This document shows, piece by piece, positions 10,395-21,400 of a DNA stretch of 64,000 bases. The stretch lies in the NCBI GenBank assembly GCA_965218975.1, contig OZ244717.1:256001-320000 (forward strand), given 5' to 3'. The position numbers were made by a program, and so were the translations under genes. Within the stretch, counting starts at the first letter, position 1; each line of letters opens with the position of its first letter. This DNA is from Candidatus Oxydemutatoraceae bacterium. Lineage in GTDB: Bacteria; Pseudomonadota; Gammaproteobacteria; Poriferisulfidales; Oxydemutatoraceae. The notes under the pieces were generated by a model. That model worked only from the letters and a program-made list of their open reading frames with translations. It was not told the origin of the DNA and made no database searches.

Positions 10395-11260
10395 TGCAAC
10401 TTGAATGTGGCGCGCCCTCTGCCGCACTTCTCACATCCGTCATCAGACAAGTACGCCAAGCTCTGGAAGAAGACGGATACGATCATGATCTTTCAACGCT
10501 GGCTTTATCGGATCAAACTGCTCATGCTTCGGTCATTGTCTACGACCAAGGAATATTGTGCGGGACTATATGGTTTGATGAAGTCTTTGCCGAAATTGAC
10601 GATACTGTCGTCGTCGATTGGTTCGCAGTTGACGGAGATACTATCGTCGCAAAACAAAAACTGTGTACCCTAACCGGCCGGGCACAAAGCTTATTATGCG
10701 GAGAACGTTGTGCATTAAATTTTTTGCAGAGCCTATCGGCAACCGCCACTGCTGCCGCAGCGTTTGTCAACCAAGTTAAAAAAGCAGCGCTAACGCCCAA
10801 ACAAGTCGCCGTAACCGACACTCGAAAAACCCTGCCCGGATTGAGGTTGGCACAAAAATATGCGGTGGTGTGCGGAGGCGCAACAAACCATCGTCAAGGA
10901 CTATCAGACGCCATTTTATTAAAAGAAAATCATCTACGTGCTTATGGTTCGTTAATGGTCGCGGTACGAGCAATTCGTCGGCAATACCCCAATCTTTCGA
11001 TTGAAGTAGAAGCGGAGAATTTAGACGAAGTCCGAGCAGCACTGGCAGCAAAAGTCGAGATAATTATGTTAGACAACTTCTCTTTGACAGAAATTCATGA
11101 TGCGGTTGCGCTAATTAGCGGAAGAGCGGAAATTGAAGCTTCAGGTAACATCACGCTAGATAATATTGCCGCGATTGCACAAACCGGAGTCGACCGTATA
11201 TCGGTCGGTGCAATTACCAAGCATATTCATGCGTTAGATATGTCAATGCGCCTTGATTGA
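10394..11260 (+). CDS. nadC: Nicotinate-nucleotide pyrophosphorylase (quinolinate phosphoribosyltransferase)
   Basis: ERCALNFLQ, DTRKTLPGLR, NHRQGLSDAILLKENH, IMLDNF, EASGNIT. Confidence 0.95.
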   Translation: MQLECGAPSAALLTSVIRQVRQALEEDGYDHDLSTLALSDQTAHASVIVYDQGILCGTIWFDEVFAEIDDTVVVDWFAVDGDTIVAKQKLCTLTGRAQSLLCGERCALNFLQSLSATATAAAAFVNQVKKAALTPKQVAVTDTRKTLPGLRLAQKYAVVCGGATNHRQGLSDAILLKENHLRAYGSLMVAVRAIRRQYPNLSIEVEAENLDEVRAALAAKVEIIMLDNFSLTEIHDAVALISGRAEIEASGNITLDNIAAIAQTGVDRISVGAITKHIHALDMSMRLD

Positions 11261-11335
11261 CAGGCTGCGAACGGCGTCTGCATAAAACTTATACCATTCA
11301 TCATATACTTGAAGTAAGCGAAATCGAAAAAATCT

Positions 11336-12997
11336 CTATTTATATAATGGTTCCAACGGAGAAGAATAGGAAGTCTCCTTGGGCAATTTCGTTCCCGTCG
11401 CTTCCGCCGGTTCATACAACACCGCTTGCCACAAAGAATCGGGGTCCAACCGACCATGCCCGTAAGCCGCTTGATCAAATGCCTGAATGCGCTTTTTAAG
11501 ACCCGGAGTGCATCGCTGCATAATATCATCTAAGCTCCGCGGCGGGTAATCCCGCCACATAACACGCGCCCACTTGAGCAAAGCATCACGTACGGCGCAA
11601 GTGTCTCGCGCCATGCAAGCGGCCTCAACATCCTTGCGAACTTTCTTCAATTCGACGGCATGTGACTGTCCCGCGCTACGCCGCTGTATATACTCAAGAA
11701 ACCGCTCACGAGTAATCCAGATTAATGTTACAAGCCAGCCAAAACCCAATATACCGCTTATCCAAATCCAAATATAGTCGATAGCATCCACTTTAACGCT
11801 ATCCTGATTCATCTCTTGCGGAAATACCGAAGGTGGTGTCTCCATCGTCAATTGGCCCACAGCCGCAGGTTGAATTTGCACATTTTGCTCGGCTAATATC
11901 GCGTATTCCAGCTGATCCGTGCGTGTATTCCACCAAGGAATTTTGATTTCAGGGAACACATGTTCTCCGCTTTGTGTCGGAATAAGAACAAACTTTTGAG
12001 CCCTTTCGCCACGTAAACCGGAGCCATCAGGGATGGTCTGTAACACGGGCTTGGCATCGGTGTAAACGTTAAAGCCCTCCGGTTGCGGTATTTCCACCGC
12101 CGGTAGCTGGCTCGCCAACAGACTTTTACCGATTAGCTTAATTGTCCATGTCAACGGATCACCTTGCACCCATTGCGACAAATCGTCCGACCATTTCTGC
12201 TGCAACCGTACTCCGTTCGCCGGTAGCCAAAAGCTGCCGGTAAAATCCAACGGAACCGGACGCACGTTCAACTGTAGCGTTTTCGATCGCTTAGTTACTG
12301 AAAATCTTCTGCCCTTCTCAGTGTATTGCCCGGTCAGCACTATCGGATTAATTCTAACCGCTCCGCTCGCTTGCGGATATAGCATGTAGATGCGTTCATG
12401 GACCCGATAATTTCTACCCTTCCGATTGATCCGATAATTCTTCTCAGGCAAAGGTTCCGATGTAACATTCCCTTTGAACGAAGGCTGGGTTAAATTTCCT
12501 CTTAAATTCTTTGTCATAAATACCTTAAAAACAAACCGCACTTGCTGTTGCACATAAGGGTTGCGCGGACCAGCGGATACCTCGATGTAAATATCCTCCT
12601 TGCCTCGCTTTTTTGCCGAAGAGATTGATCGGACACGTATTTTCCGCGGTTTGCTCGCCTGTCGACCGAACAATAGTGACGGTAACATTAAATGACCGCT
12701 ACGCCTCGGCATCAATTCAAGATTCCAAGCCGTGACCGATTGCTGCTGCCCGTTGATACTTTGAAAAGAGTACGATTTGCTTTTTTTTAATATTTTAAAA
12801 TCCTGCCGCAAAGGCGTCCAATCCGGCTCAGCGGCATTTGTTGCGCTAAAAACCTTAAAAGTAACAAGAAATCTTTCATTTTCCGCAATATTATTTTTTT
12901 TTAACTCAACATGAACCTCCGGTACGGCAACTATGGGAGTCGCCGCAAGCGCCATCGCGAGCAACAACAAACACTGAAATAGAAATCGTTTTACCAT
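11336..12997 (-). CDS. BatD-family protein
   Basis: Signal peptide, Ig-like repeats, IPWWNT motif, C-terminal TM and LEPLY end; last gene of moxR-bat operon. Confidence 0.8.
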   Translation of the reverse strand: MVKRFLFQCLLLLAMALAATPIVAVPEVHVELKKNNIAENERFLVTFKVFSATNAAEPDWTPLRQDFKILKKSKSYSFQSINGQQQSVTAWNLELMPRRSGHLMLPSLLFGRQASKPRKIRVRSISSAKKRGKEDIYIEVSAGPRNPYVQQQVRFVFKVFMTKNLRGNLTQPSFKGNVTSEPLPEKNYRINRKGRNYRVHERIYMLYPQASGAVRINPIVLTGQYTEKGRRFSVTKRSKTLQLNVRPVPLDFTGSFWLPANGVRLQQKWSDDLSQWVQGDPLTWTIKLIGKSLLASQLPAVEIPQPEGFNVYTDAKPVLQTIPDGSGLRGERAQKFVLIPTQSGEHVFPEIKIPWWNTRTDQLEYAILAEQNVQIQPAAVGQLTMETPPSVFPQEMNQDSVKVDAIDYIWIWISGILGFGWLVTLIWITRERFLEYIQRRSAGQSHAVELKKVRKDVEAACMARDTCAVRDALLKWARVMWRDYPPRSLDDIMQRCTPGLKKRIQAFDQAAYGHGRLDPDSLWQAVLYEPAEATGTKLPKETSYSSPLEPLYK

Positions 12998-14691
12998 GGC
13001 ATATCGCTATTGTTTTTCCGCTTGCCGCTTTTACGTTGCAATTGACGAAACTTACGCTTTAGCAAGGCATGCGGGTCATCTTGTACTCGTTGCAATGCCT
13101 GCTCAAGCGCTTGCGTCTGCTCATCCATTGTTTCTTCTGCGGAAGGAGGCGACATATCAGACTCTGGGTCCGACTCGTCCGATGTCGCATTACTACTCTC
13201 CTTATTGTTATCCTTTTCGTCATTGCTATTCTCGTCATCGCTTTGATCCTGCGGAATCGACTTCCCATTCTCCGGCTGTTCGCTTGTCTGACTTTGCTCA
13301 CCTTGCTCCTGCCTCTGCATATTTTGCTCTTGCAAAATCTGTTTTATTATCTGCTGATTATGAATAGCATCTTCCATTTTAGAGTTTAGTTCCAGCGCTT
13401 TGTTATACGCTTTGAGTGCGGCTTGAAAATCTCCGGCATTAGCAAGCGCATTCCCTTTATTGTAGAAATCATCCACTTCTTGTAACGATTCTAATGTTTG
13501 CGCCGCAGCGGCATAATCACGATTACGATATTGCGCGACAGACTTCCACCGAGGGTCCTCAAACTCTTGCACGGCAGCACTTGCATCGTCTTCATTCAGC
13601 GATTGTAATCCGCGTTGATCGGGTTTTAACCATAGATCTCTCCATTCAAATGCTTCGCTAGGAAACGGGAACAATAAAATCAACATCGCAATGACCAACA
13701 CTCCTCGACGAAAACTCAGCAATGCAATCGGCAATAATAATAAAACTAACCAAGGCCCTTGTTCGCGCCAAACATCGGTCAGACGATTAGTTTCGCTTAC
13801 ATCGGTATGGGTCGGCAAGATTAATTCCGACCATGCGAGCAATGTGTCAATGTCATCGTTTTGCAGACCGCTCAACCTACGATAAATACCCCGGCCTGCT
13901 GCCGCAAGACGTTGCAGTTCCTCTTCCTTTAATCGAGAAACAACTGTTTTACCTTGATCTTTTAGGATGTCGCCGGACGGTAAAAATATAGGCGACCCTT
14001 GCAATGTCCCTACACCTAGTACCGTAACTTGAAAGTTCTCGCGCGCTAAACGTTGCGCCTCGGCGATCGCCGATTCGTCGGCAAAGTCGGTCACTAATAA
14101 AATCCGCCCATGCGTCAAACCCGTTCGTTTAATCAATTTACTTGCTTCCTGCAAAGCAATATCCGGGCGGCTTCCTTGGCTCGGCATCAAGCTCGTATCC
14201 ACCGCTTGCAAAAATGTTTTGACTGACGAAATGTCATGCGTGAGCGGCACAACTGGAAATGCTCGATTACTATATACAAGCAACGCCACTTGGCCGCCCT
14301 GTCGTCGGGTTAAAAAGTCATCGATCTTAAACCGAGCACGCACAATCCGCGACGGTTCAACATCAACCGCGGACATTGACCGAGACAAATCCAGCGCAAT
14401 GACCAAACCGGTTTCATCGCGCAGAACCGGCTGTGGCAAACGCTCCCATGCAGGTCCTGCCAGCGCAATGATGGTAACGACTCCGGCAATTCCGATACAA
14501 TACAAGAAACCTCTATTCTCAGCCAACGATCCCTGTAATAAGACAAACGGCAACAAATGCACGTCACAGGCTTTACGCCAAGCATCCGCTGTCAAACGTT
14601 TATTTATCAGGTACCACATCAGCAAACCAAATGGTATCAGTGCAAAAAACCACAGCGGACGGACAAAGTTTAACTGAGACAAAATATTCAT
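12991..14691 (-). CDS. VWA + TPR protein (BatB/BatC-like)
   Basis: ALAGPAW, DLSRSM MIDAS, TPR (YNKGNALANAG), acidic Q/E tail, DDPHALLKRKF. Confidence 0.85.
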   Translation of the reverse strand: MNILSQLNFVRPLWFFALIPFGLLMWYLINKRLTADAWRKACDVHLLPFVLLQGSLAENRGFLYCIGIAGVVTIIALAGPAWERLPQPVLRDETGLVIALDLSRSMSAVDVEPSRIVRARFKIDDFLTRRQGGQVALLVYSNRAFPVVPLTHDISSVKTFLQAVDTSLMPSQGSRPDIALQEASKLIKRTGLTHGRILLVTDFADESAIAEAQRLARENFQVTVLGVGTLQGSPIFLPSGDILKDQGKTVVSRLKEEELQRLAAAGRGIYRRLSGLQNDDIDTLLAWSELILPTHTDVSETNRLTDVWREQGPWLVLLLLPIALLSFRRGVLVIAMLILLFPFPSEAFEWRDLWLKPDQRGLQSLNEDDASAAVQEFEDPRWKSVAQYRNRDYAAAAQTLESLQEVDDFYNKGNALANAGDFQAALKAYNKALELNSKMEDAIHNQQIIKQILQEQNMQRQEQGEQSQTSEQPENGKSIPQDQSDDENSNDEKDNNKESSNATSDESDPESDMSPPSAEETMDEQTQALEQALQRVQDDPHALLKRKFRQLQRKSGKRKNNSDMPW

Positions 14692-15665
14692 TGTCGCCCC
14701 CGGCCTATTACTCGAATCAATAAAATCATCACCGCAATCAATGCCGACGCAAATAAGGGATAGTAGTACAGCGCCATTTGCGTTCGGAAAAACTCGGCAT
14801 CGCGCTCAATCGGCTCCAATTGATCCAAAAGAGCGTATATTTTCCTTAATTCGGTTGTGTTCCTTGCTCGAAAATAACGTCCGCCGGTTTTATTTGCAAT
14901 CATTTTAAGCGTTTTCTCATCCAAGGCATTATTCTGACGAACAAAAAAGCCTCTCTGCATTACATCAGAACCTACTCCAATCGTATAAATTTTCAAACCT
15001 TCTTCAGCAGCAAACTCTGCCGCTTCTTGCGGCGATATCCCGGCATTGCTTGCACCGTCCGTAAGCAAAATCAATACTCGGTTCGTTCTATCATGCTTTT
15101 GCAACTGCTTTAAGCTCAAGAGAACCGCATCGCCGATAGCAGTCTTTGTTTCTTCAGCAAGCCCGATAAAAGTTTCTTCCAGCATTTCCTGTACCGCATG
15201 TAAATCAAAACTAAGCGGCATCATTGAGTAAGGATGAAGAGCAAATACCGTTAAACCGATACGATCGCCTTGACGTTGCTCGATAAACTCTTTTGCGACC
15301 TCTTTAGCTGCTTCCAATCGTGTAACACGCCTACCGTTTAGTATAAAATCATCCTCTTCCATGCTACCGGATAAATCCAATGCCAGCATTAAATCGCGCC
15401 CGCTTATCGGCACTTGTCTTATTTCTCCGGTCCACTGCGGCCTTGCCGCCGCGGTAATCAGCAAAGCCCAACTTAGCAGCGCTAAAATCAGTAAAAGTTT
15501 TTTTGAAAAAATTCCGGCATGAGAGCGATGGGGGAGTTGGAAATCTCCGAGAAAAGGCAGACGCAACGCCGCCTGTTTCATCGGTTCGATCGGTTTGACG
15601 AATCGTCGCACTAAAAATGGCAACGGCAATAGCAAAAAAACCCAAATCCATTCAAATTCAAGCAT
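14688..15665 (-). CDS. VWA-domain protein (BatA-like)
   Basis: ARPQW, DLSGSM, TAIGDA, LLTDGASNAG, KIYTIGVG, TGGRYFRA. Confidence 0.9.
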   Translation of the reverse strand: MLEFEWIWVFLLLPLPFLVRRFVKPIEPMKQAALRLPFLGDFQLPHRSHAGIFSKKLLLILALLSWALLITAAARPQWTGEIRQVPISGRDLMLALDLSGSMEEDDFILNGRRVTRLEAAKEVAKEFIEQRQGDRIGLTVFALHPYSMMPLSFDLHAVQEMLEETFIGLAEETKTAIGDAVLLSLKQLQKHDRTNRVLILLTDGASNAGISPQEAAEFAAEEGLKIYTIGVGSDVMQRGFFVRQNNALDEKTLKMIANKTGGRYFRARNTTELRKIYALLDQLEPIERDAEFFRTQMALYYYPLFASALIAVMILLIRVIGRGRQ

Positions 15666-15667
15666 TA

Positions 15668-16174
15668 CTATCTTTTATCTTTTTCAAAAACGATCTTCAA
15701 CCATTCTTCGCAAATTTGCAGAACGGCGTCCGCCTCGAATGCTGCATTTACTTGATAGTGCGCAGAAGCAAATACGCGACCTTTATCCGACATAAACAAT
15801 ACTTTACCCGCATGTTGATCCAGCCAATTCAACCATACATCACCGGTTAACTTTGCGACCTCCTCTCGTGTGCTAAGCGTCATTGCTGCTTGACGAATTA
15901 ATGCTGATAATCCTGCCAGTAAACGAATCGTATCGGCATTATCGGCATAATTCGAACGCAAATGATCAAGCTGAATCCGTACTTGCTGGTAAGGAGCAAT
16001 CGCAGGTCGGCGGCGCTTACGCCGACGTACGTATTGCCACAAAACGACTATCCCGAACAGCAACCCGATAAGCACCCACCAACCGGCTGCGGGCGGCCAC
16101 CACGAAGGTTCCGGCGGCAAATGAAGATCGCGTAGCTGCTCCAACAAGTCGTGCGGGCCCGATACCATCAACAT
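15668..16174 (-). CDS. DUF4381-family membrane protein
   Basis: LRDLHLPPEPSWWPPAAGWW motif; position in moxR-bat operon. Confidence 0.8.
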   Translation of the reverse strand: MLMVSGPHDLLEQLRDLHLPPEPSWWPPAAGWWVLIGLLFGIVVLWQYVRRRKRRRPAIAPYQQVRIQLDHLRSNYADNADTIRLLAGLSALIRQAAMTLSTREEVAKLTGDVWLNWLDQHAGKVLFMSDKGRVFASAHYQVNAAFEADAVLQICEEWLKIVFEKDKR

Positions 16175-17100
16175 GCACCAAAATTTCTACGTAAAATTTC
16201 AAATGGCTCTTCGGTAGTCCGGCATTGAATAAAACCGATTCGCAATTTCCGCGCAAAAGACTTTAGATGCATTGCTCTTTTCCTAAATTGAGCGGTATAT
16301 TTACGCACAAAGTCGACATCGGTAGTGTTAATACAGATGCTATGTTCACCGTCGCTGATACTATACTCACCGGGCGGCGGGACTGTTTCTTCCAACGGAT
16401 CATATACTTGAATAAAAACAACTTCACTATGAGCGCTTAATCCACGAATCTGATTTTCAATTGTTTTTATCTCACGAAAATCGCTGATCAAAAAAATCAA
16501 ACTGCCGGGACGCACAATATGTGCCAAACGCATCAATGCTTCGCTTCCGTCATTGCTGCGATCGGGATACGCTTTTGTCAACCCACTGTTTGTAAAATCA
16601 GCAAGTTGATGAATCAGCCGTAAAATTCCTTGTTTACCGCGCTGGGGTTTTATTTCGGTGTGTGTATCGTCACTGAATAAAATCCCACCGACACGATCTC
16701 CCTCATGCACCGCGCTCCATGCAAGCAATGCAGCGATATTTGCCGCTTCAACCGATTTGAAACACCGCCGCGTAGCGAAAAACATCGGAGCACGATAGTC
16801 TACACAAAAATATACCGGTCGTTCGCGCTCTTCACAGAACAGTTTTGTGTATGCTTCTCCGGTACGTGCCATAACCCGCCAATCGAGATGACGAACATCA
16901 TCGCCAGGATAATACAAACGTGACTCGTCATATTCCATCCCCCGCCCCTTGAAGACCGAACGGTAGGCATCGGTTTTGCCGGCACGAATCCGATTGCGCC
17001 GCAAAGACAAGTTTCTTGCCGGATGCGCCAATGCGATTAGATTCTCTTGGCGAACTTGCACCGCGTCATTTGCAATTGGCTCCGGAAAAGTTTGACTCAT
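16168..17100 (-). CDS. DUF58-family protein
   Basis: GRGMEYDESRLYYPGDDVRHLDWRV, EERER, FLISDF. Confidence 0.9.
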   Translation of the reverse strand: MSQTFPEPIANDAVQVRQENLIALAHPARNLSLRRNRIRAGKTDAYRSVFKGRGMEYDESRLYYPGDDVRHLDWRVMARTGEAYTKLFCEERERPVYFCVDYRAPMFFATRRCFKSVEAANIAALLAWSAVHEGDRVGGILFSDDTHTEIKPQRGKQGILRLIHQLADFTNSGLTKAYPDRSNDGSEALMRLAHIVRPGSLIFLISDFREIKTIENQIRGLSAHSEVVFIQVYDPLEETVPPPGEYSISDGEHSICINTTDVDFVRKYTAQFRKRAMHLKSFARKLRIGFIQCRTTEEPFEILRRNFGAC

Positions 17101-17105
17101 CTCAC

Positions 17106-18068
17106 CTAAGGGACAGCGACACGCGCAACCAATTCATCAATCACTTTATCGGGAGTGACTCCTTCCGCTTCCGCCGCATAATCAAGGATCAGGCGATGGC
17201 GTAAAACATCGGTGCACACCGCTTGCACATCGTCAGGCGATACATAATCGTTGCCGTTTAACCAAGCATGCGCCCGAGCGCATCGATCAAGCGCGAGCGT
17301 CGCGCGAGGGCTGCCACCATACAATAGCCATTGCTTGAAGTCGTCACCATAAGCGCTGGGGTTGCGGGTCGCTAGCACCAGCTGTAACAAGTATTGCTCG
17401 ACTTCCTTCACCATATGTATATTCAATATTTCCTGCCGTGCAATAAAAATCTGCTCTTGTAAAGCAACCGTTTCAATTTCCGCCGTCTCCGTTGATTTCT
17501 CCCGCTCCTCACTACGTACCAAATGCAAAATACGTTCTTCATCCGCCGCCGCCGGATAACCAATGCGAACATACATCAGAAACCGATCCAACTGTGCTTC
17601 GGGCAAAGGATAAGTCCCTTCTTGCTCAATCGGATTCTGTGTTGCCATCACTAAGAAAAGTGGGGGCAAGGAATAAGTAGTGCCGCCGACAGTAATTTGT
17701 CTTTCAGCCATTGCTTCAAGCAAAGCGGATTGCACTTTTGCCGGCGCACGATTAATCTCATCGGCTAAAACCAAGTTATGAAACAAAGGACCGCGGCGAA
17801 AAGCGAATGAACCTTCTTGCGGTCTATAAACTTCGGTGCCGGTTAAATCTGCGGGCAATAAGTCCGGAGTAAATTGGATCCTCTGAAAACTGCCCTCGAT
17901 TACATCGCCTAATGTCTTTATGGCGCGTGTTTTGGCAAGACCCGGGGCGCCTTCCACAAGTAAATGCCCGTCGGCAAGCAGTGCAATAATCAAGCGATCG
18001 ATCAGTAGCTCCTGACCAATAATATGCGCGCGCATATACTCCCTTAAACGGCGGATCGCATTTTCCAT
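17106..18068 (-). CDS. MoxR-family AAA+ ATPase
   Basis: GAPGLAKT, RIQFTPDLLPAD, DEINRAPAKVQSALLEAM, TYPLPEAQLDRF. Confidence 0.95.
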   Translation of the reverse strand: MENAIRRLREYMRAHIIGQELLIDRLIIALLADGHLLVEGAPGLAKTRAIKTLGDVIEGSFQRIQFTPDLLPADLTGTEVYRPQEGSFAFRRGPLFHNLVLADEINRAPAKVQSALLEAMAERQITVGGTTYSLPPLFLVMATQNPIEQEGTYPLPEAQLDRFLMYVRIGYPAAADEERILHLVRSEEREKSTETAEIETVALQEQIFIARQEILNIHMVKEVEQYLLQLVLATRNPSAYGDDFKQWLLYGGSPRATLALDRCARAHAWLNGNDYVSPDDVQAVCTDVLRHRLILDYAAEAEGVTPDKVIDELVARVAVP

Positions 18069-18151
18069 TTATCTTATTTGCCACACAAAAAATGACTTGA
18101 GAGATAACTCCCCATCCGTTCACTTTACCTTTTTGCTAAGGTTATTTTAGG

Positions 18152-19177
18152 TTATTCCGCTGTTGCAGTGTAGGCGCCGTCCGATGCTGCACCGTTCATC
18201 TTTGCACGCCTCAGTACCGCTGCCTGCGCCACAGAAACATTCGCTGCGGAACCACCCCAAGTTTTCATCGCATGGTGTTGCAATGCGCGACCGTATGAAA
18301 AAGTAATCCGCCACGGCGACTGTCCGCGGTGTTGCCGCGCTAATAAATTAATCGTATTCAGATTAGCAGTGGCATCCTCATCGCTCATTCCGCCCGATAA
18401 GAATGCAATCCCCGGAACCACTGCGGGCACAACATCTAATAAACAATGTAAAGTCAGCTTCGCGATTTCCTCAGTGCTTGCCTTGTGCGGACATTCGTTT
18501 CCTGAAACGACCATGTTCGGCTTCAACACAATACCGCGCAAATCAACCTTTTGACGCCGCAATTCGTTAAATACGCAAGTTTGTGCCGCCACAGTGGCTT
18601 GATAGCATTGATCAATCGTATGAGCGCCGTCCATCAATACTTCGGGTTCAACAATCGGCACCAATCCGGCCTCCTGACATAGCGATGCATATCGCGCCAA
18701 TGCGTGAGCATTGGCGGAAATACAAGCACCCGACGGAATAATCTTGCCAATCGTAATTACCGCCCGCCATTTTGCAAAACGCGCGCCTAAGGCACGGTAT
18801 TCTTCAAGCCGTTCACGTAAACCATCCAAGCCCTCAGTGATTTTTTCATTCGGAAATCCGGCAAGTGGTTTCGCGCCTTTATCGACCTTGATGCCCGGAA
18901 TAATTCCGGCGGCGGCAAGCTGTTCGGCAAAAGGGTTTCCATCAAGCGTGGTTTGCCGAATCGTTTCATCAAACAAAATCGCAGCCGAAATATAGCTGCC
19001 CAAATCGCGAGTCGTTACCAACATACTGCGATAAGCGCATCGGTTTTCTTTGTTCATCGCAATACCTAATTTCTCAAATCGTTTTCGGCAAGTCGGATGA
19101 CTTTCATCCATTGCCAAAATACCGCGCCTAGGAGCAACCATTGCCTGCGCGGTTTTATACAAAACCTCCGTATTCAT
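18152..19177 (-). CDS. Class I fructose-bisphosphate aldolase
   Basis: GILAMDES, GIKVDKG, FAKWRAV, VPIVEPEV, LKPNMV, FSYGRALQ. Confidence 0.95.
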   Translation of the reverse strand: MNTEVLYKTAQAMVAPRRGILAMDESHPTCRKRFEKLGIAMNKENRCAYRSMLVTTRDLGSYISAAILFDETIRQTTLDGNPFAEQLAAAGIIPGIKVDKGAKPLAGFPNEKITEGLDGLRERLEEYRALGARFAKWRAVITIGKIIPSGACISANAHALARYASLCQEAGLVPIVEPEVLMDGAHTIDQCYQATVAAQTCVFNELRRQKVDLRGIVLKPNMVVSGNECPHKASTEEIAKLTLHCLLDVVPAVVPGIAFLSGGMSDEDATANLNTINLLARQHRGQSPWRITFSYGRALQHHAMKTWGGSAANVSVAQAAVLRRAKMNGAASDGAYTATAE

Positions 19178-19419
19178 TCAATTTCTCCTTGCTCAACTTA
19201 TTATTCGTCGGATTGTAATAGTATGCCGGCATCAATGCCGATGATTCCGACATTTCGGATTCAGGTAAACATATTAAAAGGAAATCCTCCGATCGTCCAG
19301 AACCACGATCAAAATCGGACAATCGTACACCTCCGGCAGCAAAAGGAAAAGCACCGTCCTCTTTTACTACGGGCAAAATACAGACCGGATAAATGCTCTC
19401 CTATAAAACGAGATCAGAT

Positions 19420-19903
19420 ATGCAGTATCAACACATTGGCCACCGCATCACCTGTCTGCGTGGAACGCACAGGCAGATATGATGCCCTATTATTTTGGAA
19501 GAGTTGTAGCTCCCGAACGCATTCAAGGTCGGTCGCAGTACTTTGTACCGCTGGCGGCGGCGGACCTGGCCGCAATTGATTCAGCGTGAAATCAAACGTC
19601 TGCGCCAAGATCATTTGAATCTCGGCAGCAGTAAAATCTTTGAGCTAATGAAACCGTTTTGTGTTTGGTGGCGATGCTCGGCACAGTGTTTGTCATCCAT
19701 GACGAGACTTGGTTCTGTCAACAAGCCCCAGCCCCGACGTCCTTGTCGGGTCGTTCGCCGCTGAAAACCGATCGGTTTTCCGGGCGCGTCTCACCCTGCA
19801 CCGCCCTCATGCCGGCAACGGACAGAAAGCACCGATCCGAATGTTACTGCCGAACGCTTCCCTCAAAGCACTTCAAAAATCCCATTTAGGATGGCATCGT
19901 ACA
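19420..19903 (+). mobile_element. Internally deleted IS481-like remnant with one 98-bp module and a right end
   Basis: Pieces MQYQH.., YDALLFW, YRWRRRTWPQLIQREIKRLR, HRPHAG; ends ...CCCATTTAGGATGGCATCGTACA, an imperfect inverted repeat of the TGTATARTGCC left ends. Confidence 0.7.
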
Positions 19904-19975
19904 TGAACACGTATAAAACAGTTGTAAAATGGTTAATGGTCTTTAATAGGACAATCCGTAGTTTAATGAAATAAC

Positions 19976-21400
19976 ATGAATCAATCAGCATTAAACAAAC
20001 AAATAAATAAAGAGCAGATTGATAGTTTGAAAAATGACGCAAAAGCTCTTTCAGCTTTTTTACAAGATCGGAGCGATGGCGCAATTATTTATGTACTAAA
20101 AAAGTTAGGGAGACTAAAGAATGGATATAACAAGCAGCCATTACTAAATCTTTTAAACAATAGTAACGAGACAATCAGGTCGCTTGCAATAAAAAATCTT
20201 GCAAAAATAAGTGATACTTCTTTATTAAACACTTTTATAGAATTTGCTAAACAAGATGAAAGCAGCGAAGTTAGACGGGAGTCCGTTTCCGCTATTGGGA
20301 GGTTAAGAAATGAAAAAACGATTCCGGTGCTGACTCAATTGTTGTCGGATAAAGATCCGAAAGTTGTCATGCAAGCTATAAGGGGATTACTTGTTTTTTC
20401 AAAAAAAAGCCAAGTAAGGGGAGAATTATCAAGATTGCTTGATCATCCGAATGAATTAATCAAAGAAGTTATCAGTAAAGAAATAAATGGGGCAAGCCAT
20501 AGATCGAAAGATAATGGGAAGCATGATGAGTTTCCGGTTTATCTTAAGAATACGATTGTTCACGGTAATGTTGTAGAGATATTAAAACACGTTCCTGATG
20601 AGTCTGTTCATCTCACTTTTACTTCACCACCTTATTATAATGCCAGAAATTATTCAATTTACCAAAGTTACAATGAGTATTTGCAGTTTCTAGAAGAAGT
20701 TTTTAAGGGAATTCATCGGGTTACAAAAGAAGGCAGATTTTTTATACTTAATACATCACCGATCATTATTCCAAGGATAAGCAGATCTCACGCTAGCAAA
20801 AGGTACCCTATCCCTTATGATATTCATCCGTTATTAATAAAAATGGGATGGGAATTTATTGATGATATTGTGTGGGTAAAACCAGAAGCAAGTGTGAAAA
20901 ATAGAAATGCGGGTTTTCTGCAGCACAGGAAGCCATTGGCTTATAAACCAAATGCGATTTCTGAAATGTTAATGGTTTATAGAAAAGAAACGGACAAGTT
21001 AATTGATTGGAATATGCATAAGTATGGTCGGGGTAAAGTTGAGAGGAGTAAGGTTACAGGCAAATATGAAACTACAAATGTTTGGTATATTGACCCGACT
21101 TTTGATAGGGTCCATAGTGCAGTTTTCCCTTTAGAGTTATGTGATCGTGTTATCAAATATTATTCATTTGTTGATGATTTAATTTTTGACCCGTTTGCAG
21201 GGAGCGGAACTCTTGGCAAAGCAGCCGTTAATTTAAACCGACATTTCTTTTTAACGGAAAAAGACTCAAGATATGTCAGTTATATGAAAGAAGATTTAAT
21301 TAAGGGGTATGGCTTATTTAACGGGAGAGACTCGCAACCGAACTTCGTAGATATTAATAGTTTCATAACTTTAATTAAAGAAAAATATGACAATAACTGA
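19976..21400 (+). CDS. Amino-DNA methyltransferase (beta order, probably N4-C) with N-terminal HEAT repeats
   Basis: TSPPYY before DPFAGSGT; HSAVFP; N-terminal ~165 aa of repeats such as VRRESVSAIGRL, LLSDKDPKVVMQAIRGL; AT-rich. Confidence 0.85.
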   Translation: MNQSALNKQINKEQIDSLKNDAKALSAFLQDRSDGAIIYVLKKLGRLKNGYNKQPLLNLLNNSNETIRSLAIKNLAKISDTSLLNTFIEFAKQDESSEVRRESVSAIGRLRNEKTIPVLTQLLSDKDPKVVMQAIRGLLVFSKKSQVRGELSRLLDHPNELIKEVISKEINGASHRSKDNGKHDEFPVYLKNTIVHGNVVEILKHVPDESVHLTFTSPPYYNARNYSIYQSYNEYLQFLEEVFKGIHRVTKEGRFFILNTSPIIIPRISRSHASKRYPIPYDIHPLLIKMGWEFIDDIVWVKPEASVKNRNAGFLQHRKPLAYKPNAISEMLMVYRKETDKLIDWNMHKYGRGKVERSKVTGKYETTNVWYIDPTFDRVHSAVFPLELCDRVIKYYSFVDDLIFDPFAGSGTLGKAAVNLNRHFFLTEKDSRYVSYMKEDLIKGYGLFNGRDSQPNFVDINSFITLIKEKYDNN